From Eledone cirrhosa (taxonomy: Eukaryota), in assembly GCA_964016885.1 (NCBI GenBank), contig OZ024742.1, positions 205,096,001 to 205,160,000 of the forward strand: 64,000 bases of DNA, given 5' to 3'. Positions 12,290-25,412 of this stretch are shown here, one piece after another. Every line of letters begins with the position of its first letter. Within the stretch, counting starts at the first letter, position 1. The notes beneath the pieces were generated by a model, which saw only the letters and a program-made list of their open reading frames with translations, was not told the origin of the DNA and searched no databases. The position numbers and the translations under genes are program-made.

Positions 12290-12720
12290 TGGAGAATATG
12301 GGTGTGTAGTTGCTAGTTAAGTTAGGCTTAAAAATGGAATGAGAGTAAGAAGAAAGCAAGAATAAGGGGGGGGGGTCCTCGTCAGTTGTCTCCTGGGGGT
12401 CTCTTTAAAGACAATATATCTACCCCTAGGGCGTTCAATAACTAGATAAGTTATTGGGAAAACGGAGGAGGGAGAGAAGGCAAATAGAAGGGAAAAGGGG
12501 AAAAGAGAAAACAGCGAAAAAAACCAACAAACCAAAGAATGTGCAGCAACTGGAGAGAATATTTGTTTTGCAATGATAAACATTGATTGCCAGCTAAATT
12601 AACTATAGGGAAATGAAATATACGTAAGCGAAAACCAATCTAAACCAAATAGTGAGTGTGTTTTATTATATATTTCTGGCAATATTATAACAACATGACC
12701 CTCCCCAAATATCACAATAT
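12290..12720 (+). mobile_element. Penelope-like 3' terminal (pLTR) fragment in (TA)n
   Basis: gcgaaaacca...gtgagtgtgt...ctggcaatatta...atgacccctccccaa is shared with the PLE end at 35565-35650. Confidence 0.6.
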
Positions 12721-12729
12721 ATATATATA

Positions 12730-12969
12730 TAAGTATTTCCATGGAAAAGGTAAAGGAAAAAAGAGTGCTCTATGTATAGTACAGAGCTATTTAATTATGT
12801 AATAAACAACACAATATAATTATTCCAAGGTTTCACGGAGTCAGATGATTCTAACAGAAGCGTCTGAATCCATTAATCAACGGATTCAGATGCTTCTGTT
12901 AGAATTGTCTGACTCTGTGAAACCTTAGGTAATGGAATGATTATATTGTTTTGTTTATTACATAATTAA
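12730..12969. mobile_element. Fold-back element related to 4200-4540
   Basis: Shares ggaaaaaagagtgctctatgta...tatgtaataaacaaca; palindrome of about 180 nt at 12791-12969. Confidence 0.65.
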
Positions 12970-13037
12970 TAAAAAATATATAAATATGTATATATATATA
13001 TACACACATATATCTGGAAATTACTATATATATATAT

Positions 13038-15304
13038 ATCGTCTTCTTTTTCGTCATATACATCTTGAAGGAAAGCCCTTCAAGATGTATATGACGAAAA
13101 AGAAGACGATTTAGAGACGTATGACAAAGATAATAACTGGAATTTCTTACGTGACAACTTGCTGCAGGCTACTGATGAAACCTGTGGCTGGAGCAGAGCT
13201 CCAACCAGACAGAGAGTGACCTGGTGGTGGAACAGCACAGTAGATAAGGCTATTAGAGACAAAAGACTAGCATGGAAGGCTTGGAAAAAGGGTGGGAGTA
13301 GGGAAGAATATACAGCCACTAAGAGAGAAGCTAGACATCAGGTGTACTTAGCACGCAGGGAGGCAGAGAGTAGGAGGTTTGCCAATGTTCTGCGACGGGA
13401 AGATCAGAGGCGTGCGGTGTTCCACATTGCAAGGCAGTGTGTCAATGCAAATCAGGATGTTGTTGGAGATAAATGTGTCCGGGATGATGCCGGTGATCAG
13501 AAAAAGGAGGCCTGGAAATATCATTATGAGAGACTGATGAATGTGGAGAACGAATGGGAGAGAGAGAAATTACCCTTGGTAGATCCGACAGAGGGACCAG
13601 CTATTGAGATTGACGAATAAAGGGTCCAAGAGGCAATTAGGGAAATGAAAAATGGTAAGGCTGCCGGACCATCGGGAATAGTTGCTGAGATGCTGAAGGC
13701 ATCAGGGGACGTAGGCACTAAACTGGTTGCATGCATCATCAATCAGGCTATATATGGTGGTGTCATACCCAAAGACTGGTGCAGCAGTATTCTCATAAAT
13801 TGCTACAAAGGTAAAGGGGATGCTTTGGAGAGGAGCAATTATAGGGGTATAAAACTGATAGATCAGGTTATGAAAGTGGCAGAAAGGATTTTAGCACAAC
13901 TAATTAGAGAAAGGGTCAAACTAAATGAGATGCAGTTTGGTTTTGTGCCTAGGAAGAGTACAACAGATGCCCTCTTCTTGGTGAGACAATTGCAAGAGAG
14001 ATTCTTAGAGAAGAATAAGCCACTATACTTAGCCTTTGTTGACCTAGAGAAGGCCTTTGATAGGGTACCCCGATCTGTCATCTGGTGGTCCCTAAGGAAG
14101 CTAGGTGTTGAGGAATGGCTTGTGAGGACAGTGCAAACTTTGTACGGAGGTACTCTCAGTAAAGTCAGGGTAGGAATGGAGTTTAGTGAGGAATTCCAGA
14201 TACAAGTAGGAGTACATCCGGGTTCGGTCCTCAGCCCGCTCTTGTTCATTATAGTCCTCCAAGCCATAACAGAGGAGTTTAAGACTGGCTGTCCATGGGA
14301 ACTTCTCTATGCTGACGATCTGGTTCTTATAGCAGAATCAGTAGAGGAGCTAGAGAATAAATTCTGGCTATGGAAACAGCAGTTGGAAGCAAGAGGACTG
14401 AGAGTGAATCTAGCTAAGACAAAAGTGTTGATGAGTAGAAAAGAGGACAAAACCCTGATTCCGTCAGGGAAATGGCCATGTTCGATATGCAGAAAAGGAA
14501 CTGGCATAAATTCTATAAAATGCACACAATGCAGATCCTGGGTACACAAGAGATGCAGAGGGATAGCAGGCAAACTAACAGGTAGGGAGAAATATGTATG
14601 CAGTAGATGTACAGGAAAATTAGACAGTAGAAGTCGCACTGATAGACACATTTTTCAAATGCAGGAGGGCGCTATAGAAGTGGTGGATAGCTTCCGGTAC
14701 CTAGGAGATCAGATTAGCATGGGAGGAGGGTGTTCTGAGGCCATAGTATCTAGAATAAGGATGGGTTGGAAGAAGTTTAGGGAGCTGCTTCCTCTGTTGA
14801 CGAAGAAGGGTTTCTCCCTGCGTACGAAAGGCCGGTTGTATGATGCCTGTGTGAGGAGCGCGATGCTGCATGGTAGTGAGACATGGGCAGCAACTGCAGA
14901 GGATATGCGACGGCTGGAGAGAAATGAGGCAAGCATGCTCCGTTGGATGTGCAGTGTAAATGTGCGTGAACGACCCAGCATAAATGTGTTGAGAGAGAAA
15001 CTGTCTGAGAGGGATAGAATGTAGTGTACGGGAGAGGAGACTGAGGTGGAATGGACATGTGATGCGCATGGAGGATGACCGATGGGTGAAGAAGTGCCAG
15101 GAATTGCCAGTTGAAGGAAGACGTGGTAGAGGTAGACCACGAAAAACATGGGCGGAGGTGGTAAGAACAGACCTAAGATCATTGAAGCTCACGGTGGAGA
15201 CGACGAAGGACCGTGACGAGTGGAGAGATGCTGTGCTGAATAAGACCCGTCCCACCCTTGCAAGCAGGGAAAAACGGACGTATGGTGGCGGCGGCGAGGA
15301 GTGA
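13038..15304 (+). mobile_element. RTE-clade LINE, family RTE-1, 5'-truncated, with a stop codon and a frameshift
   Basis: ORF2: KNGKAAGPSG, NYRGIKL, QFGFVPRKSTTDA, FVDLEKAFDRVPR, LYADDLVL, LHGSETW, GRGRPRKTW; flanked by (TA)n. Confidence 0.95.
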
Positions 15305-15386
15305 CTGTGTATATATATATATATATGTGTGTGTGTACATTTTTAATTGTCTTTTATTTTTTTCTATTTTCACCCCAATATGAAAG

Positions 15387-15476
15387 TCTTATTTGGATGC
15401 TGGAGCAGATTTTACCGAGACCAATACATTCAATGGAACCAGTATTTCACAGGTCCACTATGGCTTGGAACATTTG
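15387..15476 (+). CDS. MTR: MTR exon 3: [30 protein letters not shown]
   Basis: tgaaag acceptor (weak), gtaagc donor, 90 nt. Confidence 0.9.
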
Positions 15477-16769
15477 GTAAGCATTTTTTATTAACTTGTC
15501 TTAGAGCATTCCATTAACCCTTTTATGATCATATTTCTAATGAAAGTCACTATCTGTTTTCTTGAAAAGAATCAAGAATTGAAACTAATGAAGAGATTTA
15601 GTTATATAACTAAAGTTATCATTGTTAAGTTGGTGTTTGGAACAAAACTTAACAAAGGTTCTTACATAAAATTATGATTGAAGGTTTTTAGATAAATATA
15701 ACTATCATCATCACCATTTTCTCTGCTAGCAAGGTTTTGATATGTCATTATAGACCAGTCAAGTGGAATCACTAACCTCCATATGGGTTGGGGGCCTGAC
15801 ATTAAATTCGATGTTCTACTGATAGCATTTTATTGTGTCACCAACACTAGGGAAATTGTCATGTCCTTGACACAGATGAAAATCCTCCTGACTCTTTGTT
15901 TGGCAGGTTTTCTACAGCTGGATGCCCTTCTAATCTTCAACCACTTTACAGAGGACAGTTATTCTTGGATATAGTAGGAGTGGAGATGTACAATGATACT
16001 GAGAATAGCTACTATAGGTGCAGTGGTTCGTGGGTGGAGGGAGGGCCATGAAAGGAGGGCTGTGATAGGGATGGTCTCAGGTGGTTTAGTAGCAAATGGG
16101 TTAACTTAACCTTTAATTGTATCAGTGGTATGGAGAGAGAAGACATCTGCTGCTTGAGCAATTGGTGACTTTCCATGGTCTCACCAAATATATGGACACT
16201 AAAGAATAGAAGAATTGTTTAAGCAAGTCATGGGCAAACTGTGTCTTGTGGGACACATGTGGCCTGTTTGGCTTTCTGAATGGCAAGCCTAATTTCAAAA
16301 CTGCCTTGAATTTTTTAGTAGTGAGCCACATCCTATGCAGTGCACTGCTTGAAAATGGTTGCCCATGTCTGGTTAAGGCAATGAATGGATAAATTTGTTA
16401 GATTGTAGGACACAATGCCACATGGTAGTTGTTCCAGTACTTGATGTTCTGAGCTCAAATACTACTATAGCCTATTGTCCTGTTTAACACCACCACCTGG
16501 TCCTTAGTTAGCTTTAGTGGAATCTGCTAAGTACACCAGCTTGATAATACCTTCCTTACTTGAAGGCAAAAATAACTGACCAAAAATAGACCAATATTGG
16601 TGATAACTCACAGTTTCACTTGGGAAACAATGGAATGGACCTGTGTCAGTTTTAGTGATATGTGTCCCAGTTGTTTGATCAATGGAACAGTCTGCTAGGG
16701 AAATTAATGTGTAAATTGCTGAGCAGTTTTTCTAACTTTAATGTAACTCTCCATTCCTCTACCTATACG

Positions 16770-17410
16770 GCCATATCCCCACCAGCATAGCCTTTCTCCC
16801 AGCCACATCCCCACCACACAACCACTCTTCCACTCCCACCACACAACCAGATATCCTCACATGCAGAGCCAGACACCCACGACCCCCTCACACACATACA
16901 CACACAGTCAGACCCCCACCCCACACATAGACCACCGCCACAGCCATACGCTTCACCTCCGCCCCTCACAGCCAGACACTTCACCCCACCCACACAGTCA
17001 GACACCCCCACCCACACAACCATACACCCCCACACACAGTCAGAACCCACGCACACAGTTAGATCCCCACCACATATCCAAACATCCCCACCACCAGACC
17101 CCAACCCACACAACCAGATTACCCCAGTACACAATCAGACGCCCCCACCCACACAATCAGCCACCCCACCACATACAGAACCAGACACCTCCACCTTCTA
17201 CACAACCAGACATAGCACCCTCACACATACACACAACCAGACACCCTACACACACAGTCAAATCCTCCCACACACACACACAAACTAAACATCCCCACCC
17301 ACATAACCAGACATCCCCCACCCACACAACCAGACATCCCCCACCCACACAACCAGACACCCACCCACACATTCAGATCCCCACCCTCACAACAAGACCA
17401 CCACCCACCC
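16770..17410. repeat. C/A-rich minisatellite (about 20-nt cacacaaccagacatcccc units) upstream of exon 4
   Basis: Tandem degenerate units. Confidence 0.85.
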
Positions 17411-17460
17411 TGTTAGACCTAATATAACAATAAAAATTAACTCTCATCAATACTTTGTAG

Positions 17461-17530
17461 GTTTATAAAATGAATTATGAATCAGCAAAACTTGCGAAGT
17501 CAGCAGCAGATGATGTGTTTCGAGAGACAG
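17461..17530 (+). CDS. MTR: MTR exon 4: VYKMNYESAKLAKSAADDVFRETG
   Basis: ttgtag/gtaatg, 70 nt. Confidence 0.92.
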
Positions 17531-17685
17531 GTAATGTTGCGAAATCTATCTGTCCACAGGTGTAATGTTGTGAAGTTTACCTGTGAATAGGTAATCTTGT
17601 GAAATTTCTCATCATTAAACTTTTGTTTAGAATGAAACTTAAAGCATCTTACATAAAATTATGTTGGAAGACTTTTCAATGAATC

Positions 17686-18082
17686 TTACCCAATTACACC
17701 TCTCAAAGGCTTTGACACACGACCGTGACTTCTGGCGTCACGCAGTAATACAGAAGACCCAACCCCCCCCCACAGGTACAAGCCGAAGCTGAAGCATATA
17801 GACAATATGCCTCCACACCCTCCCACATGGAGGTGCCACGGCAAAAAAGCACACAGCCCACACTGTAAAGTGGACGTGTAGGCGCCACGGTAGAAAAGCA
17901 CCCAGCACTCACTGTAAATGAGGTTGCGTTAGGAAGGGCATCCAGCTGTAGAAATCAAGCCAGAATCAGTTCCCGTATGAACAAGGCATGGTCAGCCGAC
18001 TGGACACTGCCCACAACAGGACAACCCATTTAACCCATGCTAGCGTGGAAGAACGGACGTAAAACGGTGATGATGATGATGA
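17686..18082 (+). mobile_element. RTE-2 3'-end fragment
   Basis: Direct copy of 19714-20109; (GAT)n tail. Confidence 0.9.
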
Positions 18083-18889
18083 TTAACACTTTAAGGTGGC
18101 AAATAGGCAGAATTGTTAGACTGTCAGATAGAATGCTTTGTGGTATTTATTCCGACTCTCTGCTCTCTGTGTTCAAACCCTGCTGAGGTCAACTTTGCCT
18201 TTCAATCTTTCAAAGTCGATAAAAGATAAGTACCAGTCAAGTAGTGGGGTCGATTCTTCCTCTACATCTCTTTCTCACTTCCACTCTCTCACTTTCTTTC
18301 CTTCTCTGAAGAAATATGCTGTCTTCAGAGCTGGAGAAGGATGGGCTCTGCCAGGTATAAAATGCCCAAGAAATGTTGTATGTCACAACGGCACCCCTAC
18401 AACTCCATCAGGGGTTATGGCACCATACCATACCATTAATATTTTAAAACATACAGTTTTGTATCCTAAAACCAGTGTTAGTTTCAGGTGGTTTAATATT
18501 AAAAGAGTTAATGAGGTTTTGATGGTTGAATCAATAGGCTATCATACAACTAACATGGCTGGTAGGCTTTATTCATTACCCAGTTTAACACCCCTACCTG
18601 TCTCTTGGGTACCTTTAGTAAAGTTCATTCTGTTGTAAGCTTTTGGGCCAGGACTCTGGTTTGAGGATACCTTCCTTCTCAATTTCAATTTTATGTTTTT
18701 TTATCTCTAGAAATAATTGGTAGTTTATATACCATATTTGCCAGCCTATTGGATGCACTTAAAAAAAAACCCATAAAAATCTTTCCTGCATCCAATATGC
18801 CTGTACCACCAACAGGTGGCTAAATGGAAAGTGAGGACAATCATGGTTAAAAAAATTTAGTTTCTATTACTATTAGTATTCTATTACTA

Positions 18890-20109
18890 TAGAGAATAAA
18901 TTCCAAACCTGGAAGCAGGGACTAGAGAGAAAGGGTCTCAAAGTCAACATGACAAAGACTAAGGTCCTTGTAAGTAGACGAGAAAACAGAACCCAGATCC
19001 CCTCAGGGAAATGGCCTTGCTCAGTATGTAGGAAAGGTGTAGGTAGGAACTCCATTCTCTGCTCCAAATGCAAACAATGGGTACACAAGAGATGTAGCGG
19101 GATCTCAGGAAGCTTAATTAAGAATGTAGGATTCACATGCAGCAGCTGTGCTGAAACAGCAAGCAGCAAACAGCCACAGGAAGCAAGTACCACCAATCTC
19201 TGGGAGGGCCCTGTAGAAACAGTAGACAGCTTCTGCTACCTAGGTGACCGAATTAGCAACGAAGGTGGGTGTTCAGAAAGTATAATAACTAGGGTAAGAA
19301 CGGGATGGAAGAAGTTTAGGGAACTACTACCACTGCTAGCTGCAAAAGGCTTCTCCCTCAGAATGAAAGGCAGACTGTATGATGCGTGTTTCCGAACAGC
19401 GATGTTGCATGGTAGTGAGACCTGGGCGCTGAAGGTGGAAGACTTACGTAGATTAGAGAGAAACGAAGCCTGCATGCTCCGATGGATGTGTAACAGTAAT
19501 ATACGTGAACGACAAAGCATAAATGAATTGAGAGAGAGACTGAGCATAAGAGGAATCAAATGCTGTGTGCAGGAGAGGCGGTTGCGCTGGTATGGACATG
19601 TGATGCGTATGAAGGATGACAGCTGCATAAAAAGGTGCAGAGCACTAGAAGTTGATGGAAACCGCGGAGTGGGGAGACCCAAGATGACCTGGGATGAGGT
19701 GATAAAAGCCGACCTTACCCAATTACACCTCTCAAAGACAATGACACACGACCGTGACTTCTGGCGTCACGCAGTAATACAGAGTACCCGACCTCCCATG
19801 GGTACATGCTGAAGCATATAAACAATATGCCCCCACACCCCCCACCGCAAGGTGGTCGTGGAGGTGCCACGGCAAAAAAGCACCCAGCCCACACTGTAAA
19901 GTGGACGTGTAGGCGCCACGAAAAAGCACCCAGCACTCACTGTAAATGAGGTTGGTGTTAGGAAGGGCATCCAGCTGTAGAAATCAAGCCAGATCAGTTC
20001 CTGTATGAGCAAGGCATGGTCAGCCGACCAGACACTGCACACAACAGGACAACCCGTCTAACCCATGCTAGCGTGGAAGAACTCACGTAAAACGGTGATG
20101 ATGATGATG
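18890..20109 (+). mobile_element. RTE-clade LINE, family RTE-2, 5'-truncated, long 3' UTR
   Basis: ORF 18949-19812: PHD-like Cys cluster, FCYLGD, LHGSETW, RLRWYGHVMRM, GRPKMTW; (GAT)n tail. Confidence 0.93.
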
Positions 20110-20346
20110 AATACAGAAATACAATTCAATTTATATAAGCAAAATGTCAGACTTATCTACGAGTTTTTGAAAAAACAATGAATGATATTAATAAATTTAT
20201 GAAGAAATGTACTAAAATTCTTTTTTCTCAAAATGTCCTTGTAAATCCAGGATATGTCTTATATGAAGAGTGTATAATAGGCCAACAAATATGCTAATTC
20301 ATTTTATTTATGTTGTTCTCTTCTGTATTATTTTTTTGTTTCCTAG

Positions 20347-20439
20347 GAATCCGGCGGTATATTTGTGGAGCTATTGGGCCTACCAATAAGACTCTGTCAT
20401 TCTCACCATCAGTGGAACGACCAGAATTCAGAGAAATCA
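20347..20439 (+). CDS. MTR: MTR exon 5: [30 protein letters not shown]
   Basis: tcctag/gtaagt, 93 nt. Confidence 0.95.
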
Positions 20440-20534
20440 GTAAGTAATGACATTGAAGAAATAGAATCGCTGGATAAAATACAAAATATCTTCCTGTAGT
20501 TGACTATGGTGGCTAGGCATGTGCAAAGTAACCA

Positions 20535-20880
20535 AATATGAAATGTAGGCCCATGTAAAGCTGGTAATAAGCCCAGGTCAGATATGAAATGTAGACCCAT
20601 GTAAAGATGGTAGTAGGCCAGGCCAGATATGAAATGTAGGCCCATGTAAAGATGGTAATAGGCCCAGGCCAGATGTGAAATGTAGGCCCATATAAAGTCG
20701 GTAACAAGCCCAGGCCAGATGTGAAATATAGCCTCTAAAAGATGGTAATAGGCTCAAGTTAGGGTCTTAAAAATGGTAATAGGCTCAAGTTAGGCTCTTA
20801 AAGATGGTTATAGGCCCTAGCCAGATGTGAAATCTAGGCTATTAGAGATGGCAATAGGCCCAGGCTGAATGTGTAGACCC
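20535..20880. repeat. Minisatellite of about 40-45 nt downstream of exon 5
   Basis: gatatgaaatgtaggcccatgtaaagatggtaataggcccaggcca units. Confidence 0.85.
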
Positions 20881-22341
20881 CTGTACTCAGATCTGTAATC
20901 AATTTATTTGTGTCTAAGAACATAAGCTAAAAAGGAAATGAATGGCTGAATTGTTCCAATAAATTACTGATAAGAAATGTCTAGGACAGTGTTTCAATCG
21001 CCAGCTGAACATAGATCCCTTCTTTGAGCTAATAAGGGAGCCCCTATGCTATAAATGTTCTACTACAGTGCCATGAGATGCATGTGCACCACATATGTGC
21101 CATAGTCTTTCTTTAAAGCATAAAGACCCATGTTGCTGGTGTTTAACTGAATCTGTTGGATTAAGCAGATGTAAGACAGTCTGTTCCTGGATAGGTTGTT
21201 AGTCACTCATAGGTAACAACTGGCAGTAAGTGAACTGGATATTACAAACATTAATAGCTACTTATTAATAGACCTACTTAGAGCTAGGAGAACAAACAAG
21301 GGAACCACTGCATGGTTGCTCAACCTGCTAGAAATAGTTGCCAAGTTTCCCTCATATCACACCATATTGTCTTCAACAAAGAAAAGGAACATTAAATAAT
21401 GTAGTCCCACATAGAAACGATGGAGTGATTACAACTGGAGTACTTTTGAACATAAGCCTGCTCTACCAGGGTTGACCTGTGGTTAAACAACAACAACAAC
21501 GAGGTGGCCTGGGTTGTTTCAGTGTTATTAATATTATTGACTGACTAACATGTTTGAGGTGATATATAACACATTAGCTATCTACACTGACAGCTGCACA
21601 GGTTAACTCACTAGCTATATACACTGACATTTGATATCAACTAACTAGATTGGAATGTGCTTCCGTCAGTTTAGATGATTAGTGCTCCAGCTATTCCATC
21701 AATGGAGCAACTTGATTGTGAAATTAATGTGCAAGTGACAGCATTCCACAGACACGTGTACCCTTCATATAATTTCCGTGGAGATTCAGCATGATACTGA
21801 ATGTGACAAGGCTGGCATTTTTAAATTACAGTTACAGGTTTCCAAATAGTTTCTGTCTACACAATTTCATAAAAAATGACACTTGTCTAAAATCCCATAT
21901 AATGGGATCGACTCTGAAACCTGATGATTACGAAACTAACTTCTTAATCCGTCAGTAATGCTAACTAATATAAGGGAAATAACTCATGTTAACTATGCCA
22001 ACTTCTGTACGCTGGAACCATGAGGCAATAATGACCTGAGGTTTTGTGCTTCAGAGGGTTAAAACAACAAAAGAACGTGATGTGGAGGAAATATGTCATA
22101 TTTAATGTTGAGAAAATTATTCTATTTGTCCATTTATTTTCTTTTTTTCTCAAATTGCAACAAAATACTTGGAGTTTGTTTCTTAACTAGAGTCACGTCA
22201 GAACAATTTGATGTTGCAGTCTCCCCCCAACCTAACATAGTCCCCACACCCATCTAATGTAGTCCTCCTCCCACTTAACATAGTCTACCACCATCTAACT
22301 ATCGTAATCCTTCACCCTATTCATAACACTCTTTTCTGCAG

Positions 22342-22448
22342 CATTTGATCAACTTGTGGAAGCTTATAAAGAACAAGCTCAGGGATTACTGGACGGTGGA
22401 ATTGATGTCTTTCTTGTGGAAACCATATTTGATACAGCAAATGCCAAA
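22342..22448 (+). CDS. MTR: MTR exon 6: [36 protein letters not shown]
   Basis: ctgcag/gtaagt, 107 nt. Confidence 0.96.
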
Positions 22449-22699
22449 GTAAGTGGGACTTTAAATCTTGATTTATGTGCATGTATACACACACACACAT
22501 ACTTTTTCTCTTTTTCACACACACTTATACAAGTACACACACAGAGACACTTTTTCTCCCTTTTGCACACATACACGTATGCACACACTTTTCTCTCTCT
22601 TACACACATATGTGTATGCACACTAACACACATCTATACACATACATCTATAATATACAGAAGCATGTTTAAAGTTGAGCAATGATAGATACCTTTCTA

Positions 22700-22885
22700 A
22701 AGTCTGCCCTGAACTCATTGCTAACTCCCACTTTACTAACATCTCTCTACATGGCTTGTACATTCTTTATAAGTTATTCATTTATACTTGGCTTTTTTAG
22801 TGACCATCAAACTACAGAGCATGGTATTCTATCAAAAGCCTTCTCCAAGTCAATGAATGCTAGGTATTGTGGCTTATTAAGAACC
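22700..22885 (-). mobile_element. Old RTE RT fragment
   Basis: NKPQYLAFIDLEKAFDRIP on the minus strand. Confidence 0.6.
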
Positions 22886-22889
22886 TGAT

Positions 22890-23401
22890 AGAATAAAAGT
22901 TGACTTTAGCAGGATTTGAACTCAGAGCACAGAGAACTAGAATAAATATCAGAGGTGGTGAAGTGGCATAGATGTTAAAACATTGGATAGAACATTTTGC
23001 AGTATTCACTCCAGCTCACTGTGCTCTGAGTTCAAATACTGCTGATATCAACTTTGCTTTTCATATTTCCAAGATTGATAAATAAAATACCATGGCAGTG
23101 AAGTCATTATCCCGCCGAGGTTAACTTTGCTTTCATCCTTACGGGGTAAGGATAAAGTTAACCTTGACGGGATTTGAACTCAGACCGTAAAGGGACGTAC
23201 CTAGTGAAGTCATTATAATTGTTTCTACTTTTGGCACAAGGCCAGCAATTACCCAGTACATTACTGGTACTTTATTTTATCGACCCCGTAAGGATGAAAG
23301 GCAAAGTTGACCTCGGTGGGATTTGAACTCAGAATGGAAAGGGCCGTAACTCTATGCGTCAAAGCATGACGTCCGACCCTCTACCGATACTGCCAATCCA
23401 C
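22890..23401. mobile_element. Cluster of SINE family 1 copies and fragments; full minus copy at 23217-23401 with cattataat TSD
   Basis: Family motifs in both orientations. Confidence 0.8.
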
Positions 23402-24557
23402 ATTATAATGTCAGATAGAATGGTTTGCAGTATTTATTCCGGTTTTCTATGCTTTGACTTCAAAGTTCGCCAAGTTCTTTTTGATGTCAATAAAAAAGTA
23501 CCAGCCAGTCCAGTACTGGGGTTGATTCTTCCTCTATATCTCTTTCCCACTTCCTTTCTATCACTCTTTCCTTCTTTGGAAGAAATCAATTGTGTTCAGA
23601 CCTTGATAGGGACGAGCTCTTCCATACTTAAAATACCTGAGGCACACCATGTGTCAGTACGACACTTCTACATCTCCATCATAAGTTACAGGTTTATGCA
23701 TGGGTATAAAGTACTAGTTGAGAACTGGGACTGATTTTTCTATATCACTTTCCTGCCCCTGTGTTCAAACCTGGAGTAGGATGAGTCCTACAAGGTATAT
23801 ATATCCAAGATAAGTCATATCATGATATCCCTACAACTATCAAGAGTTAAGGGCCCATAAATAAATTTATTATGCAACTGAAATGATTCTGGGTAAGATC
23901 AGCAATAACAATAAAGACACATTAATAATTACATAACAATAAATAGAAATATCAATAAACAACAACAATGGTTCCTTAAAATAGGGACCAACCACATATG
24001 GTGATTCAGGGTCTCCCACACAAGCCCTCCATATTACCCTAACACATCAAAGGCAAGTGCCTTCTCTTAGTTCTTGTTGTCAACCTACTACTATGTCATT
24101 AATGTAGATTCATTTAGCCCTGCTTATTTTATGACTTTCACTCCCTTTCATAACATTTAATAGAAGGAAGCCCTTCTCTCTCTCTACCCTCACCATTCTA
24201 TTTAAGTAGTATTTAAAAAAATTGATGAGTTCTTGATCTGATAGGGAAAGCTCAGTTCTCATCTGTATCCACTATTCAACTTCATTCACCATAGCCAGCA
24301 GCCAAAGGAAGACAACACAGTCTTTTTTGCCAAATGAAAACAGAGAGTCAGACTTCAGGACAGATTCACTGATAGCCAGATCTTCCCAGATCAACATAAA
24401 CCTACAAATCAGCAATGCATGGGTGCTGAATGAGTGTGTCCAGGACAATTCTGTCACCCTGTGAACATTTCAGATGCTTGGTTATGGGTGGCTTCTGCGC
24501 GGCCATGCCTCTAGAGTCTATTCTGAATAGGGAGTACCCAACCTACTTAATAATGAT

Positions 24558-25075
24558 AATAATTGTTTCTACTTTAGGCACAAGGCCAGCAATTATCCCA
24601 GTGCATTACTGGTACTTTATTTTATCGACCCCGCAAGGATGAAAGGCAAAGTCAACCTCGGCGGGATTTGAACTCAGATAATAATGATTTCTACTATAGG
24701 TACATTTTGAGAAGGTAAAGTCGATTAAATCGACTCCACTGCATTACTGGTACTTTATTTTATCGACCCATTAAGGATGAACAGCAAAGCTAACCTCAGC
24801 GGGATTTGAACTCAGAACTTAAAGGGACGTAACTTTATGCCGCAAAGCTTGTCTGACACTCCACCAACACTGCCAATCCAGCACCCTTTAATAATAATAA
24901 TAATGGTTTTTAATTTAGGCACAGTAATTGGGCTGAAGAGAAGCTAATTATATTGACCCCAATACATAGACATTGAAAGGATGAAAGATAAAATTGACCA
25001 TGGTGGGATTTGAACTCAAAACATAAAGGGCCAGAACTAACCACCTCAAGATATTAAGTGTGATGTTCTAATGAT
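24558..25075 (-). mobile_element. Three stacked SINE family 1-related copies
   Basis: Repeated gggatttgaactca and ggatgaaag motifs. Confidence 0.75.
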
Positions 25076-25352
25076 TCCCTGCTCTGAAGAAGGATGAGAA
25101 ATAATATTAATGATAAAGGAACTTATGACTATGACAAGGCATATGACTGTGACATGGTCATCTGATGTGTCTCATAGGACAATAGCACTGAATAAAAGTT
25201 GGTAGTAGTGGCAATGTCAACAACATTGATGGTGACAGTGATAACAACAGTGACAGCAACAACAACAGTGACAACAGCAAGATGGTGAAGCAACGACAAC
25301 AGCAATGGCAACAACAATGATGATGACTGCTAATAATTTTGTTCTATTTCAG

Positions 25353-25412
25353 GCAGCATTTTTTGCCATAGACCAATTATCGGAAGAAAGAAATAGGAAA
25401 TGTCCAATTTTT
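25353..25412 (+). CDS. MTR: MTR exon 7: AAFFAIDQLSEERNRKCPIF
   Basis: tttcag/gtaagt, 60 nt. Confidence 0.92.

Noticed and set aside
16861-17427. 188-aa Pro/Thr/His-rich ORF
   Set aside because: Translation of a C/A-rich minisatellite.
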